A stretch of DNA of 24,000 nt from Actinomycetota bacterium. Its GTDB lineage: Bacteria > Actinomycetota > Thermoleophilia > Miltoncostaeales > Miltoncostaeaceae. The position numbers and the translations under genes were made by a program. The stretch spans positions 22,651 to 46,650 of the forward strand of contig JACJWX010000006.1 of assembly GCA_020636905.1 (NCBI GenBank), given 5' to 3'. This document shows, piece after piece, positions 1-8,271 of this stretch (its first letter is position 1; every line of letters starts with the position of its first letter). Below the pieces are notes generated by a model. The model ran no database searches, was not told the DNA's origin, and saw only the letters and a program-made list of their open reading frames with translations.

Positions 1-1
1 C

Positions 2-970
2 ACCGCCTGGGGGTTCGAAAACGCCATCCTGGCCGACCACGTGCACCCCGCCATGTCCGGGCGGGTGTCCCGGCTGCGGGGCGCGGCGGATCCCCGCCTC
101 GGCGCCGGACCCCTGATCGTGCGCTACTCGATCTGGGCCGATTCGATCGCGGCGGCACTGGCCACCCGCACGCCACGGGCGATCGTGTACCACAACGTCA
201 CGCCGGGCTCGCTGCTTCGGGCGGCCAACCCGGACGTCGGCGCGCTGTGCGACATCGGTCGGGCACATCTGCCCGACCTCACCGGCCGGGCCGATGTGTT
301 CATCGCCGACTCGCACTTCAACGCACGCGATCTCCACGAGGTGGGGATCGAACGGGTCGAGGTGGTGCCGCTGCTGCTCGGGGCGATCGCCGCACCGCCC
401 GCCCGGCTCGAAGCGAGGGCGCCGTCGATCCTCACCGTCGGGCGCATCGCCCCCAACAAACGCATTGAAGACGTGATCCGGATCGGGGTCGCGCTGGACC
501 GGACCGGCACGCCAACCCCCGTCACGATCGTGGGCGCGGCCGACGCGTTCGAGCGCTACCGAGCGGCGCTCGACGGGCTGGTGCGCGATCTCGACGCGGC
601 ACACGTCCGCTTCGCGGGACGCGTCAGCGACGCTGAGCTCGAAGCCGCCTTCGCCGAGGCGTCGGTGTACTGCTGCATGTCGGTTCACGAAGGCTTCTGC
701 GCGCCCCTGGTGGAGGCCATGCAGCACGGACTGCCGATCGTGGCGCGGTCCGCCGGCGCCGTACCGGAAACCGTCGGCGCCGCCGGCCTCGTGCTGGACG
801 ACGACGACCCGTACGTGTTCGCCGAGGCGGTGCGCGAGGTCTCCGCCAACGAGCGGCTGCGAGCGACCCTTCACGAGGCGAGCGTGGCGCAGCTCGCACG
901 CTTCGCCCCCGACCTGGTCGCCGACCGTCTGCGCGCGGTGCTCGCTCCGGTGCTGGACGGGGAGCGGTGA
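2..970 (+). CDS. Glycosyltransferase, GT4/group-1 family (5' end cut by window edge)
   Basis: The frame of ORF 41..970 stays open back to nt 2, so the gene probably starts upstream of the window. C-terminal GT-B signature: GRIAPNKRIED ... VHEGFCAPLVEAMQHGLPIVARSAGAVPETVG. High GC3. The stop overlaps the next gene's start (GTGATG at 967-972). Confidence 0.85.
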   Translation, partial: TAWGFENAILADHVHPAMSGRVSRLRGAADPRLGAGPLIVRYSIWADSIAAALATRTPRAIVYHNVTPGSLLRAANPDVGALCDIGRAHLPDLTGRADVFIADSHFNARDLHEVGIERVEVVPLLLGAIAAPPARLEARAPSILTVGRIAPNKRIEDVIRIGVALDRTGTPTPVTIVGAADAFERYRAALDGLVRDLDAAHVRFAGRVSDAELEAAFAEASVYCCMSVHEGFCAPLVEAMQHGLPIVARSAGAVPETVGAAGLVLDDDDPYVFAEAVREVSANERLRATLHEASVAQLARFAPDLVADRLRAVLAPVLDGER

Positions 971-2175
971 TGGACACACCCTCGGTCGCCATCGTGGTGC
1001 AGCGGTACGGCCCCGAGATCGGCGGCGGAGCCGAGGAAGAGGCGCGCCAGGTCGCCACCCTGTTGCGCGACACCTTGCGCGTCACGGTGCTCACGACGTG
1101 CGCCCGCGACTACCGGACCTGGCAGGACCACTATCCACCCGGTGAGACGACCATCGACGGGGTGCGCGTGCTGCGTTTCAGCGTGCCGGAGCCCCGCGAC
1201 CCGGCGGCCTTCGACGCCCTCAGCCCGCGGGCGTACGCGGACCCCGCCAACCTCGAACTGGGTGAGCGATGGATGCGGGCGCAGGGCCCGGTGGCGCCCG
1301 ATCTGCTCGACCACCTGCGAACCCGGGGCGGCGAGTACGACGCCGTGCTCTTCCAGACGTACCTGTACGCCACGACCGTCCTGGGCCTGCCCCTCGTCGC
1401 CGATCGCTCGATCCTGGTCCCGACCCTCCACGACGAGCCGCCGGCGCGCCTCGCGATCTTCGACGCCGTGTTCGACGCGGCGCGAGTGGTCGTCTTCAAC
1501 ACGCCGGAGGAGGCGGAGTTCGCGGCCGAACGCTTCGGCGTCGGGCGCGACCGGAGCGTCGTGGCGGGACTCGGCGTCGATCCGGCTCCGTCCGTGTCCG
1601 CCACGGCGTTCGCCGCCGAGCGGGGACTGACGCGACCGTACGTGGTGTGCGTCGGGCGGCTCGATCCGTCGAAGGGCACCGACCTGCTGGTCGAGGCGCA
1701 CCGCGCCTATCGCGACCGCCATCCCGACGGCGCCGATCTCGTCCTGGTCGGGCGGGGCGAGCTGGAGCTCCCGGCGTATCCGTGGCTCACCGTGACCGGC
1801 TTCGTCGACGACCTCGAGAAGCATCGGGCCATCGCGGGCGCGGCGGTCGTCGCCGTTCCCTCGCCGTACGAGAGCCTGTCCATCTCCCAGCTGGACGCCT
1901 GGAATCACGCCAGGCCGACGCTCGCCAACGCCGCGAGCCCCGTGCTGGTCGGCCAATCGCGTCGCGCCGGCGGCGGACTGTGGTTCGCCGATGCCGACGA
2001 GTACGCGACGATGCTGGACTTCCTCGTCGCGAACCCGGCGCTCGCCGACGCGATCGGACGCCAGGGGCGGGCGTGCGTCGGCCGCGACTACGGATGGGAC
2101 ACCGTGGGCGCGATCTGGCGCGACGGGGTGAACCGCGTGGTCGAGGGCCCGGGGAGCCCGCCCGTCTCAGGCTGA
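967..2175 (+). CDS. Glycosyltransferase, GT4/group-1 family
   Basis: 402-aa ORF. N-terminus VAIVVQRYGPEIGGGAEEEAR is typical of a GT4 N-domain. VGRLDPSKGTDLLVEA and PSPYESLSISQLDAWNHARPTLA lie in the C-domain. The start is GTG at 967 (GTGA overlap) or ATG at 970. The 3' end overlaps the convergent wzt by 9 nt. Confidence 0.8.
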   Translation: MMDTPSVAIVVQRYGPEIGGGAEEEARQVATLLRDTLRVTVLTTCARDYRTWQDHYPPGETTIDGVRVLRFSVPEPRDPAAFDALSPRAYADPANLELGERWMRAQGPVAPDLLDHLRTRGGEYDAVLFQTYLYATTVLGLPLVADRSILVPTLHDEPPARLAIFDAVFDAARVVVFNTPEEAEFAAERFGVGRDRSVVAGLGVDPAPSVSATAFAAERGLTRPYVVCVGRLDPSKGTDLLVEAHRAYRDRHPDGADLVLVGRGELELPAYPWLTVTGFVDDLEKHRAIAGAAVVAVPSPYESLSISQLDAWNHARPTLANAASPVLVGQSRRAGGGLWFADADEYATMLDFLVANPALADAIGRQGRACVGRDYGWDTVGAIWRDGVNRVVEGPGSPPVSG

Positions 2176-3567
2176 GCCGGCGGCTTCCGATGCCCGGGCG
2201 GGGGACGCGACCGACCCCGAAGCGGGCACGCGGTCCGCTTCGAACACCCACTCACCCGCCAGATCGACGATGCCGATCCCGGCGCCGGACGCGAACACGG
2301 TGAGCTGCAGCCAGCGGTCGAGCCAGTCGTAGACGTCGCGCTCGTCGTGCGAGGTCGCCGCGACGGTGATGTCGAAGACGCCCTCGTGCAGGTGCAGGCT
2401 GGGCACGCGCAGCCGCACCGTCCCCGAGCTGACCGTGCCCTCCACCACGAAACGATCGCGTGTGGTGTTGATCCCGTAGATGATCTGGCCGTCTTCGGCG
2501 TTGAACTGGACGCCGACGTTCGGGAACTCCATGGGGTGCTCGCACACGAATCCGACCTCGAACGTCAGCTCCTGCCCGGACTGTACCCGCGTGACGTCCC
2601 GGCCCTCGCCGTCGACCATCCGGACGTGGGTGATGCGAGCCTCCCCGGTGCCCCAGCGGTTGGTCGCAGCGTCGTCCTCAGCGGCGGCGCCCTCCGGCAC
2701 CGCACCCGCGTCGAGGGATCCGGACGCCCCCTCCATCTGGAGCGCCGCGGAGGGTCGTGCGTCGTGTTCGGCCAGGAGCTTGTGGTACCGGGCGAGGACG
2801 GTGTGCGACCCGCCATCGACGATCAGGCGACCGCCCTCGATCAGGAGCGCCCGGTCGCAGATCCGCTCGATCGCCTGGGCGTCGTGCGACACGAACACCA
2901 GCGTGCCGCCGTCGCGCTTGAACTCGAACATCCGGGCGGTGCACTTGCGCTGGAACGCCTCGTCGCCCACGGCGAACACCTCGTCCAGCAGCATGATGTC
3001 GGCCTTCACGTGGCTCGCCACCGCGAACGCCAGCCGCATCTGCATGCCGCTCGAGTACGTTCGCACGGGCGAATCGATGAAGTCGGCCACCTCGGCGAAC
3101 TCGACGATGTCATCGAAACGACGGTCGATGTCCCGTTCGGAGAAGCCGAAGATGGCGGCGTTGAGGTAGACGTTCTCGCGCCCCGAGAAGTCGGGATGGA
3201 ACCCGGCTCCCAGTTCCAGCATCGACGCGATCACGCCGCCCGCGGCGACCGTGCCCCGCGAGGGCGTCTCGATCCCGGCGATCAGCTTGAGCAGTGTGCT
3301 CTTGCCGGAGCCGTTGCGTCCGACGATCCCGATGGCCTCACCCGGCTCGACGTGCGCCGTCACGTCGTGGAGGGCCCAGAAGTCGGTGAACCGCCCCCGC
3401 CGGCGTCGCATCGCCGCTTCCTTGAGCGTGTGATTCCGCTCGTCGACGATGCGGTATCGGCGGGCGGCGTGATCGATGCGGATGGCACCCGCCGGCAGCT
3501 GGGACAAGGACGCGTTCCGAGGTCGAGAGACGATCGGCGCACACGGTACCAAGGGCCCGGGCGACAT
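2167..3567 (-). CDS. wzt: Polysaccharide ABC exporter ATP-binding protein (Wzt/TagH type) with C-terminal Wzt_C-like carbohydrate-binding extension
   Basis: Only the C-terminal 466 aa of the 685-aa minus ORF look real. Walker A GRNGSGKST, signature YSSGMQMRLAFA, Walker B IMLLDEV, H-loop VSHD. These are followed by a roughly 140-aa beta-rich tail (TNRWGTGEARITHVRMVDGEG...FEVGF...). The start is set at ATG 3567 (MSPGPL...); the exact start is uncertain. Confidence 0.85.
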   Translation of the reverse strand: MSPGPLVPCAPIVSRPRNASLSQLPAGAIRIDHAARRYRIVDERNHTLKEAAMRRRRGRFTDFWALHDVTAHVEPGEAIGIVGRNGSGKSTLLKLIAGIETPSRGTVAAGGVIASMLELGAGFHPDFSGRENVYLNAAIFGFSERDIDRRFDDIVEFAEVADFIDSPVRTYSSGMQMRLAFAVASHVKADIMLLDEVFAVGDEAFQRKCTARMFEFKRDGGTLVFVSHDAQAIERICDRALLIEGGRLIVDGGSHTVLARYHKLLAEHDARPSAALQMEGASGSLDAGAVPEGAAAEDDAATNRWGTGEARITHVRMVDGEGRDVTRVQSGQELTFEVGFVCEHPMEFPNVGVQFNAEDGQIIYGINTTRDRFVVEGTVSSGTVRLRVPSLHLHEGVFDITVAATSHDERDVYDWLDRWLQLTVFASGAGIGIVDLAGEWVFEADRVPASGSVASPARASEAAGSA

Positions 3568-3612
3568 CCGTGGGATCGCGTCGGGTGCGGCTCCGACTAC
3601 ACTCCCGCTCCG

Positions 3613-4404
3613 ATGAGGCATCTCGGCGACTACCGGCGCTACGCACCCCTCTTCCGCAATCTCGTCCGCCGCGAGGTCCGCCAGAAATACAAGGGCTCGC
3701 TGTTCGGGTTGCTCTGGACGCTGGCCAACCCCGCCCTGATGGTGGGCACCTACTACGTGGTGTTCACGTTCCTGTTCGACGCGCCGGTGAAGCCGTACGC
3801 GATCTTCCTGCTGACGGGGCTGTCGATCTGGTCGTTCTTCCTGGGCGGCGCCCAGCAGGCCGCATCGAGCCTGGTGGCCAACGCCAGCCTGGTGAAGAAG
3901 GTGCGGTTTCCGCGCGAGATCGTCCCCGCCGCGGCGGTGACGGCGAACGCGTTCACGGCCGCGGCGATGTTCGCGATCGCGCTGCCCCTCTGCCTGCTGT
4001 TCGCCTCCGGAAGCTTCATCACGCTGGTGGCGCTGCCCCCGTTCATCGTCTTCCTGGGGGTGTTCACCCTGGGGTTCGGGCTGATGCTGGCGGCGGTCAA
4101 CGTCTACTTCCGCGACGTCGAGCACATCATCGCCGCCATCGCCACACCGTGGTTCTTCCTGACCCCGATCTTCTACACCTTCTCCGCACTGCCCACCGAT
4201 CGGGCGCCGCAGTGGCTGCTGCACGTCCTCTACTACGGCAATCCCATCACGCCGTACGTCTCGGCGATTCGCGAGATCGTGTTCGCGGGCGACTGGCCCG
4301 GGCTGGGCGACTGGGTCTACTGCGCGGCGGTCGCCGCCATCACGCTGGTCAGCGGGTTCGCCATCTTCCGTAGGCTGGAGGGCGACATGGCCGTGGAACT
4401 GTGA
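3613..4404 (+). CDS. wzm: Polysaccharide ABC exporter permease (ABC-2 type, Wzm/TagG type)
   Basis: Only the C-terminal 263 aa of the 685-aa plus ORF look real. The N-terminus MRHLGDYRRYAPLFRNLVRREVRQKYKGSLFGLLWTLANP is the typical ABC-2 permease start. Six hydrophobic segments are visible. The stop overlaps the next start (GTGA at 4401-4404). Confidence 0.87.
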   Translation: MRHLGDYRRYAPLFRNLVRREVRQKYKGSLFGLLWTLANPALMVGTYYVVFTFLFDAPVKPYAIFLLTGLSIWSFFLGGAQQAASSLVANASLVKKVRFPREIVPAAAVTANAFTAAAMFAIALPLCLLFASGSFITLVALPPFIVFLGVFTLGFGLMLAAVNVYFRDVEHIIAAIATPWFFLTPIFYTFSALPTDRAPQWLLHVLYYGNPITPYVSAIREIVFAGDWPGLGDWVYCAAVAAITLVSGFAIFRRLEGDMAVEL

Positions 4405-5513
4405 CCAGCGACGCGCTCACGCCGCTGCGGGTGGGGTTCGACATGAGCGCGGCCGTGGTGGGACGTCCGGGTGTTCAGCGCTACACGGCCGACGTCGCGC
4501 TCGCGCTGGCCGGTCTGCCCAGCATCGAGCTCACGCGACTCGGCGTGAAACCGAGCGACCGACGGGCGCACGCTCGGAGATCACGCGCCCGCGAGCGGCT
4601 TCGCGCGCACACCCCCGGCCGGCTGGGCCGCGAGGCGGCCGCCGCGGACGTCGACGTCCTGCACTACCCGGCCGCGCTCACCCTGCCGCACGCCCGGATG
4701 CCGCTGGTGCTGACCGTGCACGACGTCCTGCCGTGGCGCCGTCCGGAGCTGTTCCGCGCCACCGAGGGGGCTCGCCGCCGGGCGGTGGTGTCCCACGTGG
4801 CGTCCGCGGCGAGCCGGGTGCTCGTGGGTTCCGAACACACCCGTGGAGAGGTCGTCGAACTGCTGGGGCTCGATCCGCGCCGCGTGATGGTTGCGCCGCT
4901 GGGTGTCGATCGCCGCTTCCGTCCCATCGAGCCCGATCCGGTGGCGCTGGCGCACCGCTTCGGGATTCCGCCCGATCCATTCGTGCTCTGGGTGGGCACG
5001 CTCGAACCGCGCAAGAACCTGCTGGTGTTGTTGCGCGCCTTCGGGCTGGTCCGCCGCCGCGCGCCGGAGTGCTCCCTCGTCATCGTGGGCAACGTGCCCG
5101 GCGACAACCGGGACGTCGAGCGTGAGATGGATCTGCTGGGCGCCCACATCATCCGCCCGGGAATCGTCTCCGACGACGAACTCGTCCAGCTCTACTCATC
5201 CACCACGTGCTTCGTGTTCCCCTCGCTCTACGAAGGGTTCGGCCTGCCGCCCCTCGAAGCGATGGCATGCGGAGCGCCCGTCGTCTGCTCCAACCGGGCC
5301 AGCCTCCCGGAGGTGGTCGGCGACGCCGGCATCCTCGTCGATCCCACAGATCCCGATGCGCTGGCCGACGCCATCGAGGAGGTCGTCCTGTCGCCGTCGA
5401 CCGCGAACGACATGCGCGATCGCGGACTGGCGCGGGCCCGGGGGTTCACCTGGAAGCGGTGTGCCGAGCACGCGGTCGACGCGTATCGCGCCGCGCTCGA
5501 GGACCCCAGGTGA
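4401..5513 (+). CDS. Glycosyltransferase, GT4/group-1 family
   Basis: 370-aa ORF with VGTLEPRKNLLVLLRAF and PSLYEGFGLPPLEAMACGAPVVCSNRASLPEVVGDAG. GTG start overlaps the wzm stop; its own stop overlaps the rmlC start. Confidence 0.9.
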   Translation: MTSDALTPLRVGFDMSAAVVGRPGVQRYTADVALALAGLPSIELTRLGVKPSDRRAHARRSRARERLRAHTPGRLGREAAAADVDVLHYPAALTLPHARMPLVLTVHDVLPWRRPELFRATEGARRRAVVSHVASAASRVLVGSEHTRGEVVELLGLDPRRVMVAPLGVDRRFRPIEPDPVALAHRFGIPPDPFVLWVGTLEPRKNLLVLLRAFGLVRRRAPECSLVIVGNVPGDNRDVEREMDLLGAHIIRPGIVSDDELVQLYSSTTCFVFPSLYEGFGLPPLEAMACGAPVVCSNRASLPEVVGDAGILVDPTDPDALADAIEEVVLSPSTANDMRDRGLARARGFTWKRCAEHAVDAYRAALEDPR

Positions 5514-6064
5514 CCATCACCCGTCTCGATCTGCCGGGGGCCGTCGTCTTCGAGCCCACCGTTCATCGCGACGAGCGCGGATTCTTCGTGGAAACCCTGC
5601 GCTCCGAATGGTTCGACGAGGTCGGCCACGTCGGTGAATGGGTCCAGGACAACCACTCCCGATCCGCGAAGGGCGTCCTGCGCGGCCTCCACTACCAGAC
5701 CCATCCCGGGCAGGTGAAGCTGGTGCGATGCGCCCGCGGGCGGATCCTCGACGTCATCGTCGACATCCGCCGGGGATCTCCGACGTTCGGCCGCTGGGCG
5801 TCGGCGGTGCTCGACGACGTCGACCATCGCTCGATCCTCATCCCCATCGGCTTCGCCCACGGTTTCGTGGTGCTGAGCGACGTTGCGGACGTCGTCTATC
5901 GATGCTCGGCGTACTACGACCCCGCCACCGAGGCGGGGTTCCGATTCGACGATCCGGAGGTCGGCGTCGAATGGCCCACCGACCTCGACCTGACGGTTTC
6001 GGATCGCGACCGTGTGGCACCCACGTTCGCCGCGGTCCGGGACGGACTGCCCTTCGTGTTCTGA
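5510..6064 (+). CDS. rfbC: dTDP-4-dehydrorhamnose 3,5-epimerase
   Basis: The last 184 codons of ORF 5207..6064 carry RmlC cupin motifs: ERGFFVE, LRGLHYQ, GQVKLVRCARGRILDVIVDIRRGSPTFG, PIGFAHGF, YYDP. The GTG at 5510 forms a GTGA overlap with the upstream stop. Confidence 0.92.
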   Translation: MTITRLDLPGAVVFEPTVHRDERGFFVETLRSEWFDEVGHVGEWVQDNHSRSAKGVLRGLHYQTHPGQVKLVRCARGRILDVIVDIRRGSPTFGRWASAVLDDVDHRSILIPIGFAHGFVVLSDVADVVYRCSAYYDPATEAGFRFDDPEVGVEWPTDLDLTVSDRDRVAPTFAAVRDGLPFVF

Positions 6065-6070
6065 GCCGTC

Positions 6071-6089
6071 CCGCGATCGTTGATCGCGG
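6071..6089. terminator. Hairpin between convergent genes (possible bidirectional terminator)
   Basis: Perfect 8-bp stem ccgcgatc / gatcgcgg with a 3-nt loop (gtt), in the 33-nt gap between the rmlC stop (6064) and the stop of the convergent GT (6098). No clear U-tract. Confidence 0.45.
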
Positions 6090-6097
6090 TTCCGATC

Positions 6098-7207
6098 TCA
6101 CCCGCGTCGACGTTCCAGGGCCGCGCCGATCAGCTGCAGGTAGCGATCCGCGCAGGTCGACCATGAGTAGCGATCCGCGGCACGGACGGCGGCCGCGAAC
6201 CCCAGTTTGGCACGTCGTGCCGCATCGGCAGTCAATGACGTGAGGGCCTCGGCGAGCGTCGCGGCCCCTCCCGCGAGGCTGAACGTGGCGGCCGCATCTC
6301 CCACGACTTCCACGTTCGGCGCATGGTCCGACACGAGCAGCGTGGCGCCGCCGGCCATGCCCTCGACGATGACCGGGTGTGTCCCTCCGACCTCGGTGGG
6401 GACGCACATCACCCCGCTCCGGTGGACCAGTTCGCCGTATCCGTCGCCGAAGACGTATCCGGTGAAACGCACGTCGTCGCCGGCCATGTCATGCAGGCGA
6501 TCGACGTAGTCCTGCGCGTAGGGCGCGTCGCCCACGATCACGAGCGGCCAGTCGATCCCCGACGCACGATGGGCCTCGATGAGCAGATGGGCGTTGTTCT
6601 CGGGAACGAGCCGGCCCACGAACAGGACGAACCGTCCCGGCTCGACTCCGAGCCGTTCGCAGAACCCGTGGTCTCCCGGGTCGGGCAGGTCGGCGCCGTA
6701 CGGGATCCAGGGGATGCGCACGCCGTACTTCGCCTCGAGCGTGTCCGCCACGCTGCGGCTGTCGGTGATCGTCAGCGTCGACACCCTGCCGCTCATCCGT
6801 TCGCACCAGCGGATGTACGCGCGGGCGGCCGCGGGCCACTTCGCCCGCTCGGAATCGAGCCCGTCGATCTGGAACACGGTGGGAACCCCCGCCAGGCGTG
6901 CGAACGGGACGACCGGCGCGTTCCCCGAGATGAAGTAGAGCGCCACGTCGGGCCGGTTGCCGCGCACCATGTGGGCCGTGCACCGCGCCGTGTGCACCAG
7001 GGTGTCCAGGTACTTGTTCTGCACCGTCGGAATGTGGACCAGTCGTGCGCCGACGTGTGTCTCGCGCCGCTCGACCATGTGCGGGCGGCAGTAGACCGTG
7101 ACCTCGTGGCCGCGCAGGGCGAACTCACGGGCGAGGTGCTCAACCGCCGTCTCGAAACCGCTGTACGCCGCAGGAATCCCGCGTGTGCCGAGCATCGCGA
7201 TCTTCAT
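6098..7207 (-). CDS. Glycosyltransferase with DUF1972-type N-terminus plus GT4 C-domain (rhamnosyltransferase-like)
   Basis: The real start is MKIAMLGTRGIPAAYSGFETAVEHLAREFALRGHEVTVYCRP, the hallmark DUF1972 N-terminus. The C-domain has VGRLVPENNAHLLIEA and PTEVGGTHPVIVEGMAGGATLLVSD. ATG 7207 forms an ATGA overlap with the upstream stop. The Arg-rich 123-aa N-terminal extension of the ORF is rejected. Confidence 0.88.
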   Translation of the reverse strand: MKIAMLGTRGIPAAYSGFETAVEHLAREFALRGHEVTVYCRPHMVERRETHVGARLVHIPTVQNKYLDTLVHTARCTAHMVRGNRPDVALYFISGNAPVVPFARLAGVPTVFQIDGLDSERAKWPAAARAYIRWCERMSGRVSTLTITDSRSVADTLEAKYGVRIPWIPYGADLPDPGDHGFCERLGVEPGRFVLFVGRLVPENNAHLLIEAHRASGIDWPLVIVGDAPYAQDYVDRLHDMAGDDVRFTGYVFGDGYGELVHRSGVMCVPTEVGGTHPVIVEGMAGGATLLVSDHAPNVEVVGDAAATFSLAGGAATLAEALTSLTADAARRAKLGFAAAVRAADRYSWSTCADRYLQLIGAALERRRG

Positions 7208-8271
7208 CGCCGTCCGACCTCGCGCAGCACCCGCCAGGCCGTCTCGCCCATGTCCTGCAGCCGATAGCACCCCGCCCGAGCGGGCCCCGCGGCTCGGAGT
7301 CGGCCGGCCGTCGTCGGTTCCAGGGCCGCGCGGATGGCGTCGCCCAGCCCGGCCACGTCCGGGCGGGCCACGAGGGCGGCGTCGGCCACCACCTCGGGGA
7401 GTGCCCCTCGATCGCTCACGACGAGCGGACTTCCGCACGCGAGCGCCTCGAGCGCCGGCAGGCCGAACCCCTCGTGCAGGGAGGGGAACACCGTGACCGC
7501 GGCGGCGGCATAGAGGTCGGCCAGTTCCTCGTCGGTGACGTGTCCGAGCAACCGGATCGACGGGTCGTCGCGCCATCCCGCGGGCGGCGTCCCCCGGCCG
7601 ACCACCACGAGGGTGAGCGTCGTGTCCCGCAGGCCGGCGACCGCGGCACGCAGCGTGGCGAGGTTCTTGCGCGGGCCCAGATCACCGACCGCCAGGCAGT
7701 AGCGGCGCAGCCCGAACCGGTCGGCCACCCGGCGCTCGGCGTCCGCCGCGGGCTGGAAGATGCTCCGGGCCGCCGGACTCACCACGTGGACCCGCGACGC
7801 GGGCAGACCGAGGACGTCGCAGATCTCGCGGCGGGCCGTTTCCGAGAGGGCGAGCACCGCGGCCGCTCGCCGCGCCGCCGCCGGGACGAGCCGCCGCAGC
7901 ATGACGCGGGCCCTCACCGGCAGCCACTCCGGGTTGGTCATGAACGTCACGTCGTGGATCGCGAGCGCCACGGGGATCGTGAGCCGGGGCGGGGCGACGT
8001 AGGTGAACACCGCCGCGTCCGATTCGAGGGCGGCGAGCGCGGCCGGGGCGCTGCGAAGCAGGCGCGTGACACCTCCGGCGCTCACCGAGGCGTGGATCGC
8101 GGCGTCCGGCAGCAGTCGGCGTGCGTCGGCGTACGCGATGAGGGCGGCCACCTGGTCGGCGCCGCCCGCGGTGGCGCAGAGCGCCTCGACCAGCTGGGCG
8201 GCGTATCGGGCGTTGCCGGCGTCCCCGGGTGTGGGCTGCCCGACCATGTGGGCGTCGACGGCAACCCTCAT
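7204..8271 (-). CDS. Glycosyltransferase, GT4/group-1 family
   Basis: The real start is MRVAVDAHMVGQ (ATG 8271, ATGA overlap with the upstream stop). Motifs: VGDLGPRKNLATL and PSLHEGFGLPALEALACGSPLVVSDRGALPEVV. Confidence 0.88.
   Translation of the reverse strand: MRVAVDAHMVGQPTPGDAGNARYAAQLVEALCATAGGADQVAALIAYADARRLLPDAAIHASVSAGGVTRLLRSAPAALAALESDAAVFTYVAPPRLTIPVALAIHDVTFMTNPEWLPVRARVMLRRLVPAAARRAAAVLALSETARREICDVLGLPASRVHVVSPAARSIFQPAADAERRVADRFGLRRYCLAVGDLGPRKNLATLRAAVAGLRDTTLTLVVVGRGTPPAGWRDDPSIRLLGHVTDEELADLYAAAAVTVFPSLHEGFGLPALEALACGSPLVVSDRGALPEVVADAALVARPDVAGLGDAIRAALEPTTAGRLRAAGPARAGCYRLQDMGETAWRVLREVGRR

Noticed and set aside
871-2303. Long overlapping ORFs 871..1956(-), 1131..1679(-), 1142..1630(+), 1269..2303(+) and 1787..2251(-)
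   Set aside because: These are Arg/Pro/Gly-rich off-frame or antisense translations of the GT gene at 967..2175, with no motifs. Only one frame carries GT4 signatures and high GC3.
2347-3612. N-terminal 422 aa of the 685-aa plus-strand ORF (2347..4404), which would make a giant fusion with the permease
   Set aside because: It is the antisense shadow of wzt. It has no motifs, a biased Arg/Asp/His/Gly composition and the wrong GC3 pattern. The permease N-terminus at 3613 matches the normal ABC-2 start. The equal length of the two mirror ORFs (685 aa each) is a coincidence of stop-poor GC-rich DNA.
3568-4224. N-terminal 219 aa of the 685-aa minus-strand ORF (2167..4224), upstream of the Wzt ATPase
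   Set aside because: It is the antisense shadow of wzm. Its highly charged Arg/Glu/Gln/His-rich sequence has no membrane or ABC features.
7208-7576. Arg-rich N-terminal extensions of the minus-strand GT ORFs (also 8272..8625 and 10454..10555)
   Set aside because: The extensions overlap the upstream gene in another frame and look like low-complexity RG/RP sequence. Canonical GT N-termini (MKIAMLG, MRVAVDA, MPPRVLLDA) coincide with ATGA overlaps or a clean intergenic gap.
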